Assembly (NCBI GenBank): GCA_010909165.1
Contig: MU008198.1
Coordinates: 248,001-312,000, forward strand
Reading direction: 5' to 3'
Length of the DNA: 64,000 nucleotides
Source of the DNA: Anthoceros angustus
Taxonomy: Eukaryota; Plantae; Anthocerotophyta
Under the pieces are notes generated by a model that saw nothing but the letters and a program-made list of their open reading frames with translations, was not told the DNA's origin and did no database searches. The stretch's first letter is position 1, and each line of letters begins with the position of its first letter. Shown here piece by piece: positions 1-12,300 of this stretch. A program made the translations under genes and the position numbers.

Positions 1-3000
1 TGCCGTTACTGCATTGCTAGTGTCCCGCCTCATGTGTGGACACGGGTGGACGAGGTTTTCGATCTTTGGGAGAGGGGTGAGCTTCCGAGCAAGGTAACCG
101 GAAGAAAGGCAGCAAGAGGGGAAATCAAAACGTGGGGCCGGATACGAGCCATTGCGGGATCCAAATTTGATGATAAAGCCAATGCATGCGACCAATTGGA
201 GAGTTTTCAGGCATGCCTGTGAAGCGGTGAAAGGATTATGTCGCTGGAGAAAGTGATTCAAGGCGAGTTGACCGTGAGCGGCATGAAAACGTGGATAACG
301 AAGGCCAAGAAGTTGAATGTCATCCGCATGACATTTTGCTCGGGTGAGGTGCAATTCATTTGCGAAGTTGAGAAGCGCAGACTACATTACTCGTGACGCC
401 GATCCGAAGAGTGGATGAATCGTGGGGAAAACATCTTCTCCGGGAAATTAAAAAGGGACCCGTGCAAGAGGGAGTACTTCCTCTGCTATGTATGATCGAT
501 CCAAGGGAGTGCGCAAGCGTAGAGGTCTTTGACAAAGACAAGTTGAAAAGGCAGCAGTACACCATGGGAGTATTGGGTGGGAACCACAGCTTCTATGCGT
601 TCCAACGCCTGTACGCAGAAGACCCGGAGAACTCACACTTCCAAAGATATGGAAGCTCATATATATGCAGCTTAACCTGTGCAGATGCGTGTCCGCCACG
701 ATCACAATGTCAAGGCGATTTCTAAGAGGATGTCTTTCATTGAGCAAGTCCGATATTCACGATGAAATGAAAATGAGGAGGGTATTAGCATTACAATGGA
801 TTGGAAGTACAATCTATATCGGATGCTAGGCGCCATCGGCGACGCTCGATCGGGAAGAAATGCGACTTGTCGACGAAAACCGCTGCATGCATTGCTAGTG
901 TCCCGCCTCATGTGTGGACACGGGTGGACGAGGTTTTCGATCTTTGGGAGAGGGGTGAGCTTCGAGCAAGGTAACCAAGAAAGGCAGCAAGAGGGGAAAT
1001 CAAAACGTGGGGCGGATACAGAGCCGATTGCGGGATCCAAATTTGATGATAAAGCCAATGCATGCGACCAATTGGAGAGTTTTCAGGCATGCCTGTGAAG
1101 CGTGAAAGGATTATGTCTGACCGGAGAAAGTGATTCAAGGCGAGTTGACCGTGAGCGGCATGAAAACGTGGATAACGGCCAAGAAGTTGAATGTCATCCG
1201 CATGATTTTGCTCGACCGAGGTGCAATTCATTTGCGTGTTGAGCGAGAATATCCGAGGCACTCAACACGAAGATATAGCGAAATTTCAACCGGTGTTTGA
1301 TCACATTGTAAGTACACGTGTCTTTCCGACACGAGTTAGCAAGTGCGCAAAACTAGTTTGCGCACTCGCCTTCATGTTGACCTATGAACGCTCCATCTGT
1401 CACGGAACCAAGCGGTGAAGAGTACAAAGAGAAGATGATACCCGATAGCTTCAAAGAGCACATCAATGCGGCAAGAAATTGGAAGAGGGTGGAAGATTTG
1501 CGAGAGAGTGGAGCGAGCCCAACAAAGATAAGGACCCGTTACATCAAATTCGAGAGTCAAGACAAAAAGAGGTGCATTCCGACACGAATATGGTTGCCAT
1601 CACCAAGCCGAGAAGCGCAGACTACATTACTCGTGACGCCGATCCAAGAGTGGATGAATCATGGGGAAAACATCTTCTCCGGAAATTAAAAGGGACCTGC
1701 AAGAGGGAGTACTTCCTCCGCTATGTATGATCGATCCAAGGAGTGCGCAAGCGAGAGGTCTTTGACAAAGACAAGTTGAAAAGGCAGACACCATGGGAGT
1801 ATTGGGTGGGAACCATTTCTATGCTCCAACGCACGCAGAAGACCCGGAGAACTCACACTTCCGATATGGAAGCTCATATATATGCAGCTTAACCTGTGCA
1901 GATGCGTGTCCGCCACGATCACAATGTCAAGGCAGATTTCTAAGAGGATGTCTTTCATTGAGCAAGTCCGTATATTCACGATGAAATGAAAATCGAAATG
2001 AAGAGGGTATTAGCATTACAATGGATTGGAAGTACAATCTATATCGGATGCTAGGCGCCATCGGCGACGCTCGATCGGGAAGAAATGCAGACTTGTCGAC
2101 CGTAAAACCGCTGCCATGCATTGCTAGTGTCCCGCCTCATGTGGACACGGGTGGACGAGGTTTTCGATCTTTGGGAGAGGGGTGAGCTTCCGAGCAAGGT
2201 AACCAAGAAAGGCAGCAAGAGGGGAAATCAAAACGTGGGGCGGATATGAGCCGTGCGGGATCCAAATTTGATGATAAAGCCAATGCATGCGACCAATTGG
2301 AGAGTTTTCAGGCATGCCTCGTGAAGCAGTGAAAGGATTATGCCGTACCGGAGAAAGTGATTCAAGGCGAGTTGACCGTGAGCGGCATGAAAACGTGGAT
2401 AACGGCCAAGAAGTTGAATGTCATCCGCATGATTTTGCTCGGACCGAGGTGCAATTCATTTGCGTGTTGAGCGAGAATATCCGAGGCACTCAACACGAAG
2501 ATATAGCGAAATTTCAACCGTGTTTGATCACATTGTAAGTACACCGCAGGCCGCCGACCGAGTTAGCAAGTGCGCAAAACTAGTTTGCGCACTCGCCTTC
2601 ATGTTCGACCTATGAACGCCTCCATCCCGTGCGCATAATCAAGCAGTAAGAGTACAAAGAGAAGATGATACCCGATAGCTTCAAAGAGCACATCAATGCG
2701 GCAAGAAATTGGAAGAGGGTGGAAGATTTGCAGAGAGTCGGCAGAGGAAGACAACGACGCAAAACTAGACATTTTCCATGTTCAAAAGCAAGCAAAGGTC
2801 CGTTACTGTGTAATAACCGGTGATATTCGTGAAATGGCTGCCTACTTGGGGAAAAGAGAATACAAGGCTGGTGGTCGTCGATTTACCAAGGGGCAATTTA
2901 TCGGAGACATGGGATAAGGAGATGACATGTGAGGATATGGAGAAGATAATGGATGGATTCATGACAATCACCGAATGCAAGACTTTCCGTGATATTCATG

Positions 3001-5801
3001 CATGGACCGACTGCGTGGATGTCCAAATGCACCGCTAAAATGGTGTGAAAAGGGGGTTTATACAATGGTCCGGGAGAAAGACAATTTGGTTTGGACGAGG
3101 GACTTTACGAGAATCATGAGTACATGACGTGGGGTATGGTGTTCACCCAACTGCTGAAGATATGAGGAAGTGCGCCATTGTCCAATAGTGCGGCACCGAG
3201 ATTGGAGCAATGCTCGCTTATTCGACATAGCGCAATGTGAAGAAACTTTTGAATGTGTCCAACGATGGCCATGTTGTTTCTCCTTACCAAAAGCCAATAG
3301 GGTTGATGGTCCCTATATGACCTATTCACGTAAAGAGGGGAATGGGTTATAGATGGATGCTGGAAGAAGTGGAATACGGCGCATTATCGGAAGGGAGGAA
3401 TCGTATTGTCGTTGACCAAGAATGAGGAGCACAATATTCATCGAACAGACATAAAGCCATGAAGTGTTTCCTACGAGGAAGACAACGACGCAAAACTAGA
3501 CATTTTCCATGTTCAAAAGCAAGCAAAGGTCCGCTACTGTAATAACGGTGATATTCGTGAAATGGCTGCCTACTTGGGGAAAAGAGAATACAAGTCGTTG
3601 GTCGTCGATTTACCAAGGGGCAATTTATCGGAGACATGGGATAAGGAGATGACATGTGAGGATTTGGAGAAGATAATGGATGGATTCATGACAATCACCG
3701 AATGCAAGACTTTCCGTGATATTCATGCATGGACCGACTGCGTGGATGTCCAAATGCACCGCTAAAATGGTGTGAAAAGGGGGTTTATACAATGGTCCGG
3801 GAGAAAGACAATTTGGTTTGGACGAGGGACTTTACGAGAATCATGAGTACATGACGTGGGGTATGGTGTTCACCCAACTGCTGAAGATATGAGGAAGTGC
3901 GCCATTGTCCAATAGTGCGGCACCGAGATTGGAGCAATGCTCGCTTATTCGACATAGCGCAATGTGAAGAAACTTTTGAATGTGTCCAACGATGGCCATG
4001 TTGTTTCTCCTTACCAAAAGCCAATAGGGTTGATGGTCCCTATATGACCTATTCACGTAAAGAGGGAATGGGTTATAGATGGATGCTGGAAGAAGTGGAA
4101 TACGGCGCATTATCGGAAGGGAGGAATCGTATTGTCGTTGACCAAGAATGAGGAGCACAATATTCATCGAACAGCAGACAGTGCCATGAAGTGTTTCCTA
4201 CGAGGAAGAGTTGACCACCAAACCACACAAACGTGGACATCCGTTTTTTTGCCAAAGAGATGGCGCAGGGAGATCGTGGCCGCAACGCTACACTTGGTTC
4301 AAGGAACATGCGCACCCATCGACCTTCAAGACTTGAGTCAATCACAGGGCCTGTAAGAAGAAGGAGAAGATGGCAAAAAGGTCCTGGATATGAGAATATG
4401 CTAGATAGCCAAAGACACAAAAGATGTTGTAAAAGAGTTCATACAAAGTACATAATAAAAGGTCTAATAAAGTATGTAGAGGTAACCCTAGGTTACATTA
4501 ACTATATAACCTGTGAGGTTAACTTAACAAGGGTTAAACATAAACCCTAACACCCCCTCTTAACCAAACAGGTTAACAAGCGGAGTTAATGCGCACACAC
4601 GCGAAGACTGTGGCCGTCGTTTGAGCTCCAGGAGCAGGACACGCGAGGAGACTGTGAAAGATGGAGATATCAAGCTCCCTCGCGCTGGTCACTCAGTGCA
4701 TAGCCATCGCCGTTGGAGCAGCTCTGTGGAACACCATGGCTCGGAAGCGCAACGGAGCCCTCAGCAGCCAGAGAACAAGAGAGGAGCCGGCAGAAGAGAG
4801 TACCATCAGCAAGAGGAGAGGTTGAAGACGAATTGTGCCGACACAAGCGACGTAACCCTAGCCGCCCACCTCCCCGCCGACGTGAAGAAGAGTGACGAGC
4901 TCAAGAGTCAAGTCTCGCCAAGGCAAAACTCGAGTTGCGTAACCTCATCGCCAAGGCTCCTCGCCAGGATCCGCTGCATGCCTCCTCTAACAGACAAGTC
5001 GTTGGTCGCCGATTTACCAAGGGGCAATTTATCGAGACATGGGATAAGGAGATGACATGTGAGGATTTGGAGAAGATAATGGATGGATTCATGACAATCA
5101 CCGAATGCAAGACTTTCCGCGTGATATTCATGCATGGACCGACTGCGTGGATGTCCAAATGCACGCGAAAATGGTGTGAAAAGGGGGTTTATACAATGGT
5201 CCGGGAGAAAGACAATTTGGTTTGGACGAGGGACTTTACGAGAATCATGAGTACATGACGGGGTATGGTGTTCACCCAACTGCTTGAAGATATGAGGAAG
5301 TGCGTGCATTGTCCAATAGCACCGAGATTGGAGCAATGCTCGCTTATTCGATATAGCGCATCGTGAAGAAACTTTTGAATGTGTCCAACGATGGCCATGT
5401 TGTTTCTCCTTACCAAAAGCCAATAGGGTTGATGGTCCGCTATATGACCTATTCACGTAAAGAGGGAATGGGTTATAGATGGATGCTGGAAGCGGAGTGG
5501 AATACTTATGACATCGGAAGGGAGGAACCGTATTGTTGACCAAGAACAGAGGAGCACAATATTCATCGAACAGCGACACATGTGCCATGAAGTGTTTCCT
5601 ACGAGGAAGAGTTGACCACCAAACCACACAAACGTGGACATCCGGTTTTTTTGCCAAAGAGATGGCGCAGGGAGATCGCTTAAGCCTGTGCAACGCTACA
5701 CTTGGTTCAAGGAACATGCGCACCCATCGACCTTCAAGACTTGAGTCAATCACAGGGGCCGCAGAAGAAGAAGGAGAAAGATGGCAAAAAAGGTCCGGAT
5801 A
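1..5801 (+). pseudogene. Frameshifted, locally duplicated gene: ParB/Sulfiredoxin-like N-terminal domain fused to a beta-class N6/N4 DNA methyltransferase-like domain; interrupted by copia at 5802
   Basis: Stitching ORF fragments across the copies gives PIRRVDESW.KHLLREIKKG...VLPLLCMID...VLGGNHSFYAFQRL (393-725, ParB-like). Next comes VITGDIREMAAYLGKREY.LVVVDLPRGNLSETWD (2810-2920, 3562-3645), resembling GD..L..L...D(L/P)PYG....WD. Then RWMLE...LSEGRNRIVVD...DTCAMKCFLRGR, resembling the motif I region. A GTAAGT donor at 1308 suggests an intron. Confidence 0.6.
4391..4552 (-). repeat. Extra copy of the copia 3' LTR with flanks, part of a ~1.4-kb local duplication
   Basis: TGAGAATATG...AAACCCTAACA, preceded by GGATA (4386-4390) and followed by CCCCCTCT, the same context as 5802-5966. 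Confidence 0.85.
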
Positions 5802-5966
5802 TGAGAATATGCTAGATAGCGAAAGACACAAAAAAGATGTTGTAAAAAGAGTTCATACAAAGTACATAATAAAAGGTCTAATAAAGTATGTAGAGGTAAC
5901 CCTAGGTTACATTAACTATATAACCTGTGAGGTTAACTTAACAAGGGTTAAACATAAACCCTAACA
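5802..5966 (-). repeat. Copia 3' LTR
   Basis: TG...CA ends; adjacent polypurine tract (plus-strand CCCCCTCT from 5967). Confidence 0.92.
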
Positions 5967-6788
5967 CCCCCTCTTAACCAAACAGGTTAACAAGCGGAGT
6001 TAATGCGCACACACGCCAAGACCGTGGGCCGCTGCTTGAGCCCGTGAGCAGACACGCGAGGAGACCGTGAAAGATGGAGATATCAAGCTTCCCTCGCTAC
6101 CGGGTCACTCGCTGCATAGCCATCGCTGCTGAGCAGCTGGAACACCATGGCTCGTAAGCGCAACGGAGCCCTCAGCAGCCAGAGAACAAGAGAGGAGCCG
6201 GCAGAAGAGAGTACCATCAGCGAAGAGGAGAGGTTGAAGACGAATTGCTGGCCGACACAAGCGGACAGAACCCTAGTCAGCCACCTCCTGCTGACAGTGA
6301 AGAAGAGTGACGAGCTCGAAGAGCTGCTCAAGTCTGCCAAGGCAAAAACTCTGGAGTTGCAGAACCTCATCGCCAAGGCTCCTGCCAGGGATCCGCGCAT
6401 GCCTCCTCTAAGACACTGAAGTCAGGGCCCTCGTTGACGAGTTGGTGAAGCTAGGCTACGTTGGACAAGTCGATGGAGAGAGGCCATACAGTCCATTCCA
6501 TGTTGTGTGAGAAAAGTAAGTGTTGAAGACAGCCCACGCTTGAATTTCTTCCTATGAGCTTCATCCACTGAACTGCCTTCTGAAAAACTGTTGTATACCT
6601 GCAGGCTAGGACACAACACAAAGACCACCACGACTGCAGGATGGAAACACTAGGTCTGTGTTGTTCTTTAGCTTACAGTAGACAGACCTCTAGGAGCTAG
6701 CTGGAATAGGCAAAATAAACTCACGTAGCCCCAAGGCTGCCATATGTTTGAAAGCCGCTTGGATGCACTTAGTGAACAAGTCTCATTG

Positions 6789-8220
6789 TTATCCTCGGTT
6801 GACATATCGCACTTGACTAGCCTCGCCCGCGACATCTCTAATATAATGGTGATATAGCTCGATGTGTTTTGTACGAGCATGAAAGCGGGGATTGGAGACT
6901 AAAGCAATGGCGGACAAATTGTCACAAAACAGATCAGTTGGTCCAGGCTGAGGTAAGTGAAGAGACTCAAGAAACTGACGCTGCCATTCTATCTCCTTAC
7001 AGGCCTCCGTCAAGGCCTTGTACTCAGCCTCTGTTGACGACAGAGCTAACGACGTTTGCTTCTTACAGGACCAGTTCACAGAACCTAAGGCCAACAAGCA
7101 TGCATAAGCTGACAAGCTCTTACGAGAATCAGACCGAGGCCAACACCGCAAACGGGTAAGCACAAACTCTGCCATCGCTGTAGTGTAGTCCATAATTCAA
7201 GGTACCACGCAAATAGCGATAGACACGTTTAACAGCTGCCCAGTGAGATCTGCCAGGGTTCTTCAAAAACTGAGAGACCATGCTCACGGAATAGCTGATG
7301 TCGGGCCTCGTCCAATTAGCAAGGAAAATAAGGCAGCCCACGGCTTCTGCATAAGGCACTCCAAGCATATCCGACTCCTCTTCAGCAGTTTGAGGAGACT
7401 GCTCAAGTGTGAGTTTTTCCCCCACTGCAGAAGGCGTGGCTACTGGACGAGCTTCATGTAAGTGGAACCGCTTCAGAATCTCCTTCAAGTATTTGGTTTG
7501 ATGAAGGACGATAGTACCTTGAGATCTGTCCCTGAGGATCTGAATTCAAGCAGTACTGTAGGGGTCCTTGATCCGTCATTTCGAATTCCGACCTAAGCAC
7601 ACCCTTGATCTTGTTGAGCTGCGAGGTACTGTTGCTAAGGAGAATAGCATCATCAACGTAAAGGGCAAGTACTACAAACAAACCAGCTTCAGCCAAATAG
7701 AAAACATTTGAATCAGCCGGGGACTGAACAAAGCCAGACTTGCGCAAAAACTTCATAATGCGTTTGTACCAAGCTCGAGGTGATTGCTTCAGTCCATAAA
7801 TTGTTTTGAGAAGCTTGCAGACCTTACGAGGCCATTTCTTACTAATAAAGCCCTCTGGTTGACACATGTACAGGTCTTCTTCAAGTTCTCCATGAAGAAA
7901 CGCCGTACAGACATCCATCTGATGCAACTCAAAGTCAAACTCAGCTGCCATGGCTAACAGAATCCTCACAGACGGTGGCTTCACAACTGGCGAAAACGTG
8001 TCACCATAATCAATACCAGGGATTTGGCTAAACCCCCTCGCAACCAACCTCGACTTATATCGGGCAATGGTGCCATCTGCATTCAGTTTGGTCTTGAAGA
8101 CCCATTTGCATGAGATAGGTTTACGACCAGGTGGTAAATCTGCTAACTCCCATGTATTGTTTTTGATCAGGGAACAGTATTCATCATCAATGGAGGCACG
8201 CCAGTGGTGACCATCGTGAC
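6789..8220 (-). CDS. Copia pol: reverse transcriptase and RNase H (frameshifted)
   Basis: WELADLPPGRKPISCKWVFKTK, YKSRLVARGFSQ, QMDVCTAFLHG, YGLKQSPRAW, LYVDD, TRPDISYSV, ALSSTEAEY, CDNLSAI, HARTKHIELYHHYIR. Confidence 0.95.
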
Positions 8221-9356
8221 TGTGGCTGCACTCTCGGGAGCAGAACAAGTAGGGTTTCGCTTTTTAGGATTGAAGGATAAATAAGGCGGAAAAGGAGGAA
8301 TAAATTGGGGTAGCGCCGGACGAGGCTCGGAGTATACTCCGGACTGAGTGAACAACGGACCCCACTATGGCAAGCTCCGGACCACGGAGTAACGGATAAG
8401 TCCGGAACCCACTCCAGTCAAAATAGGATAAGTACGCCAGGAAAGTAACCTAGGAGCGAGGCGTGAGGATGACGAGGCGGCGCCACGTGGACGGCCCCGA
8501 GTGGAGGTCGGGCATGCAGAGGTCAGACCGTAACCTTGCCGAGGCCGTTATAGGTATTCACGCCCGCCGCGCGCGTAAGGCCGCAGGCAGTATTCACGCC
8601 CGCGCCGCGCGCGCAGTGAGTAAGCCAAGCGAGGGTCGAGTATGCCCACTGGCGCTACGGACAACGAAGAGGCGCCTTCCGCCCAGCTTACTTCCACAAG
8701 CGCCAAGGAGGGAGGTCAGCTCACCCGCATAATCCTCCAGCCCCTTGCGCCCGCAATCCGCTCGCGCTATCTTTTGGGCGCCACTTTAGAGCGCGGCGCA
8801 CCGTCAAGGTTGGAGCAACAACGCGCGAAGGAGGAACATCGTGCCGACTCGCCGCAGCCTGAACAAGAGGAGGAGAAGCAATGGCACCCAAAAGCCGACT
8901 GCTAAAACTTCATAATGCGCTTGTGTACCAAGCTCGAGGTGATTGTTTCACCATAAATTGTTTTGAGAAGCTTGCATCTTACGAGGCCATTTCTTACTAA
9001 TAAAGCCTGTTGACACATGTATACATGTGTCTTCTTCAAGTTCTCATGAAGAAACGCCAGCATGACATCCATCCGATGCAACTCAAAGTCAAACTCACCG
9101 CTATGGCTAATGTAATCCTCAATATTTATGGCTTCACAACCGCGAAACGTGTCACCATAATCAATACTGATTTGGCTAAACCCCTCGCAACCAACCTCGA
9201 CTTATATCGCAATGGTGCCATCTCAGATTCGCTATTCTTGAAGACCCATTTGCATGAGATAGGTTTACGACCGTGGTAACCGCTAACTCCATGTATTGTT
9301 TTTGATCAGTGAAATGATTCATCATCAATGGAGGCACGCCTGGTGACCATCGTGAC
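8221..9356. repeat. Duplicated copia/gypsy junction: partial gypsy LTR (8221-~8900) followed by a degraded copy of copia RT (~8900-9356)
   Basis: ~8900-9356 matches ~7745-8220 with many indels; 8221-8900 matches 9357-~10035. Confidence 0.85.
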
Positions 9357-12300
9357 TGTGGCTGCACTCGGGAGTTAAGAAATAAGTAGGGTTTCGCTTT
9401 TTAGGATTGAAGGATAAATAAGGCGGAAAAGGAGGAATAAATTGGGGTAGCGCCGGACGAGGCTCGGAGTATACTCCGGACTGAGTGAACAACGGACCCC
9501 ACTATGGCAAGCTCCGGACCACGGAGTAACGGATAAGTCCGGAACCCACTCCAGTCAAAATAGGATAAGTACGCCAGGAAAGTAACCTAGGAGCGAGGCG
9601 TGAGGATGACGAGGCGGCGCCACGTGGACGGCCCCGAGTGGAGGTCGGGCATGCAGAGGTCAGACCGTAACCTTGCCGAGGCCGTTATAGGTATTCACGC
9701 CCGCCGCGCGCGTAAGGCCGCAGGCAGTATTCACGCCCGCGCCGCGCGCGCAGTGAGTAAGCCAAGCGAGGGTCGAGTATGCCCACTGGCGCTACGGACA
9801 ACGAAGAGGCGCCTTCCGCCCAGCGTTACCACAAGCGCCAAGGAGGGAGGTCAGCTCACCCGCATAATCCTCCAGCCCCTTGCGCCCGCAATCCGCTCGC
9901 GCTATCTTTTGGGCGCCACTTTAGAGCGCGGGCGCACCGTCAAGGTTGGAGCAACAACGCGCGAAGGAGGAACATCGTGCCGACTCGCCGCAGCCTGAAC
10001 AAGAGGAGGAGAAAGCAATGGCACCCAAAAGCCGACGGAGTCTGGGAGCCATGGACCGTGGAGCGCAACATTGTGACCCGCGCTATCCGGACGGCCCCGA
10101 GTGGAGGTCGGGCATGCAGGTCAGACCGTAACCTGCCGAGGCCGCAGGCAGTATTCACGCCCGGGCGCGCGGCGTAAGGCGTCGAGTAAGCCATGCACTC
10201 GCGCTACGGACAACGAAGAGGCGCCTTCCGCCCAGCTTACTTCCACAAGCGCCAAGGAGGGAGGTCATGCCGCGCAGCCTCCGCATAATCCTCACAGCCT
10301 TGCGCCCGCAATCCGCTCGCGCTATCTTTTGGGCGCCTCCAGAGCGCGCACCGTCAAGGTTGGAGCAACAACGCGCGGAGGAACATCGCCGACTCGCCAG
10401 CAGACAAGAACAAGAGGAGGAGAAGCAATGGCACCCAAAAGCCGCGGAGTCTGGGAGCCATGGACCGTGGAGCGCAACATTGTGACCCGCGCTATCCGGA
10501 CTTCGGGCCCCGCCGGAGGAAGCAGGGAATTGGTGCAGAGTGGCATCCGGACGTGTTCCAAATGGTCCGACCTTTGACAACTACCTAGTCCGGAGTTTGC
10601 CCGAAGATGTCGGGCGATCAACAAGGAGGTCCGATCCAAGAACCTCCGGAGGACTCGAGGCGATGGACCTTGAGGTCCCGAGGATGGCCTACAACCGCCC
10701 AAGGAGGAAGAAGGGCGGTGCCGAGCCCCTTAAGGCGAAGGGAAGATAGGGCCACGCCGGCGATGCCGAGGCTCGAACGCAGCGACAACCAACGGATGGT
10801 TGATATCCGATCCGGGATACGCCGAGTAAGGGCGGTAGCCCGGATCATTGTCCATTGAACTCGCCACCAAGGTGGATCACCTTGGTGATAACTCGCTGGT
10901 ATTCTCGCATGCGCCCAATGGGAAGAGAGCGGACTGGGAAGGATTATCTTCGCCTGCCGAGGCACGCAAGCTAAGGAGCGAGAAGCCTCGCCATCGGGGT
11001 GACCCCATACCGATTCATGGGGGGACATTTCGAGCTCAAGGAGGGAGAGCTTGAACGGGCGCCAAGGGGCCGGAGGCCCCGCTGTAGAGCGTGCAAGGGC
11101 GCCCGAGGTGGGGGTCAAGACCAAGCGACTCGGGAGGAGGACGATCGAGGATTCCTGACTCCATACGCCCTGAGCGAACCCCTCACCACCTGTGGAAGTT
11201 TGGGAGGCGATTCCCCTTCCTCCTTTTGGTGCCCTCCGAGCAGTGAGGGAGCCGATGCCGGAGGGCGCTGGCGCCCGGACCGCAGTAAAAACCAACAACC
11301 ACGACGCCGAGCCCCGACGAACTCAACGGGAGCCAAGAGGCGGAAGACGGTGCCGCTTACCAACGCAAAGACCTCGGGTGCAGACTTACCCCGCCACCTG
11401 AGTGGCAAGAGGTCAAGAGGCGTAAGGAGGGCGAAGGGACGTGGCCCAAGGAGCGGAGGTCACCGCGCAGCCCACCCCCGAGCCGGCCTGCCCCGGCTGT
11501 GAAGGGGCAAAAGAGCTTGCTCCCGACCCCTCACCTCCTCCGAGCCCTGTGAGAAAGAGGGCACAAAGGAGTTAGAGGCCAAGAGGGCCAAGAGGGTGAG
11601 ACTCGACCACCACTGTGACCCGAGGGTCCCGATTAGGTCCGAGAACCCACCGACTTACTCGGATCAAGGGTATGGAGGTCCTTGGCGGACCGAGAAATGC
11701 CGGCCCCACTACGGACTTTGTGGGGCCTCACTCCGGCCGTGGAAGAAACACGGCGAAGTCCCTACCGCCATGGACGGAATGCTTTGGGGTCTCGTGGTAC
11801 ATGAGAAGACCTGAAGTGGAGGCCACCCGAGGAGGATGGTGGAACCCAAGAGCAAGTGAAGGCGCCGAGGGGCAAAGGAAAGGCGGAGTCCCTCGCCGGA
11901 TCGAGAAATGCCGGCTCACTACGGACTTTGTGGGGCCTCACCGTGTGGAAGAAACACGGCGAGTCCTGCTACCGCCATGGACGGAATGCTTTGGGGTCTC
12001 GTGGTACAAATGGAGAAGACCTGTGAAGTGGAGGCCACCCGAGGAGGATGGTGGAACCCAAGAGCAAGTGAAGGCGGCGAGGGGCAAAGGAAAGGCGGAG
12101 TCCTCGCCGATCGAGGAAGGGAAACGCCGGTGGCGGAGCGCGAGGCCCCGCGGTTCAGCAGATCAAGGTTCTTCACCGGGTCAAAAAGCCTGGGAGGCCC
12201 AAGCGGGCGGAGGACCTTGCAGCGAAGAGGGAAGCGCAGCAGAGGCGGAAGAGGCCCGGCACAAGAGAGCTGGACTCGGAGGCGGCCCGGCCAGAGCAGG

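Noticed and set aside
4542-4550. AAACCCTAA telomere-like motif at the copia LTR end (similar motif near 53430)
   Set aside because: Single units, not a telomeric array.
4391-5966. A separate mini LTR element (TRIM) bounded by the two LTR copies at 4391 and 5802
   Set aside because: Both copies have the same left flank (GGATA) and the same PPT on the right, so they are a local duplication of one junction, not a 5'/3' LTR pair.
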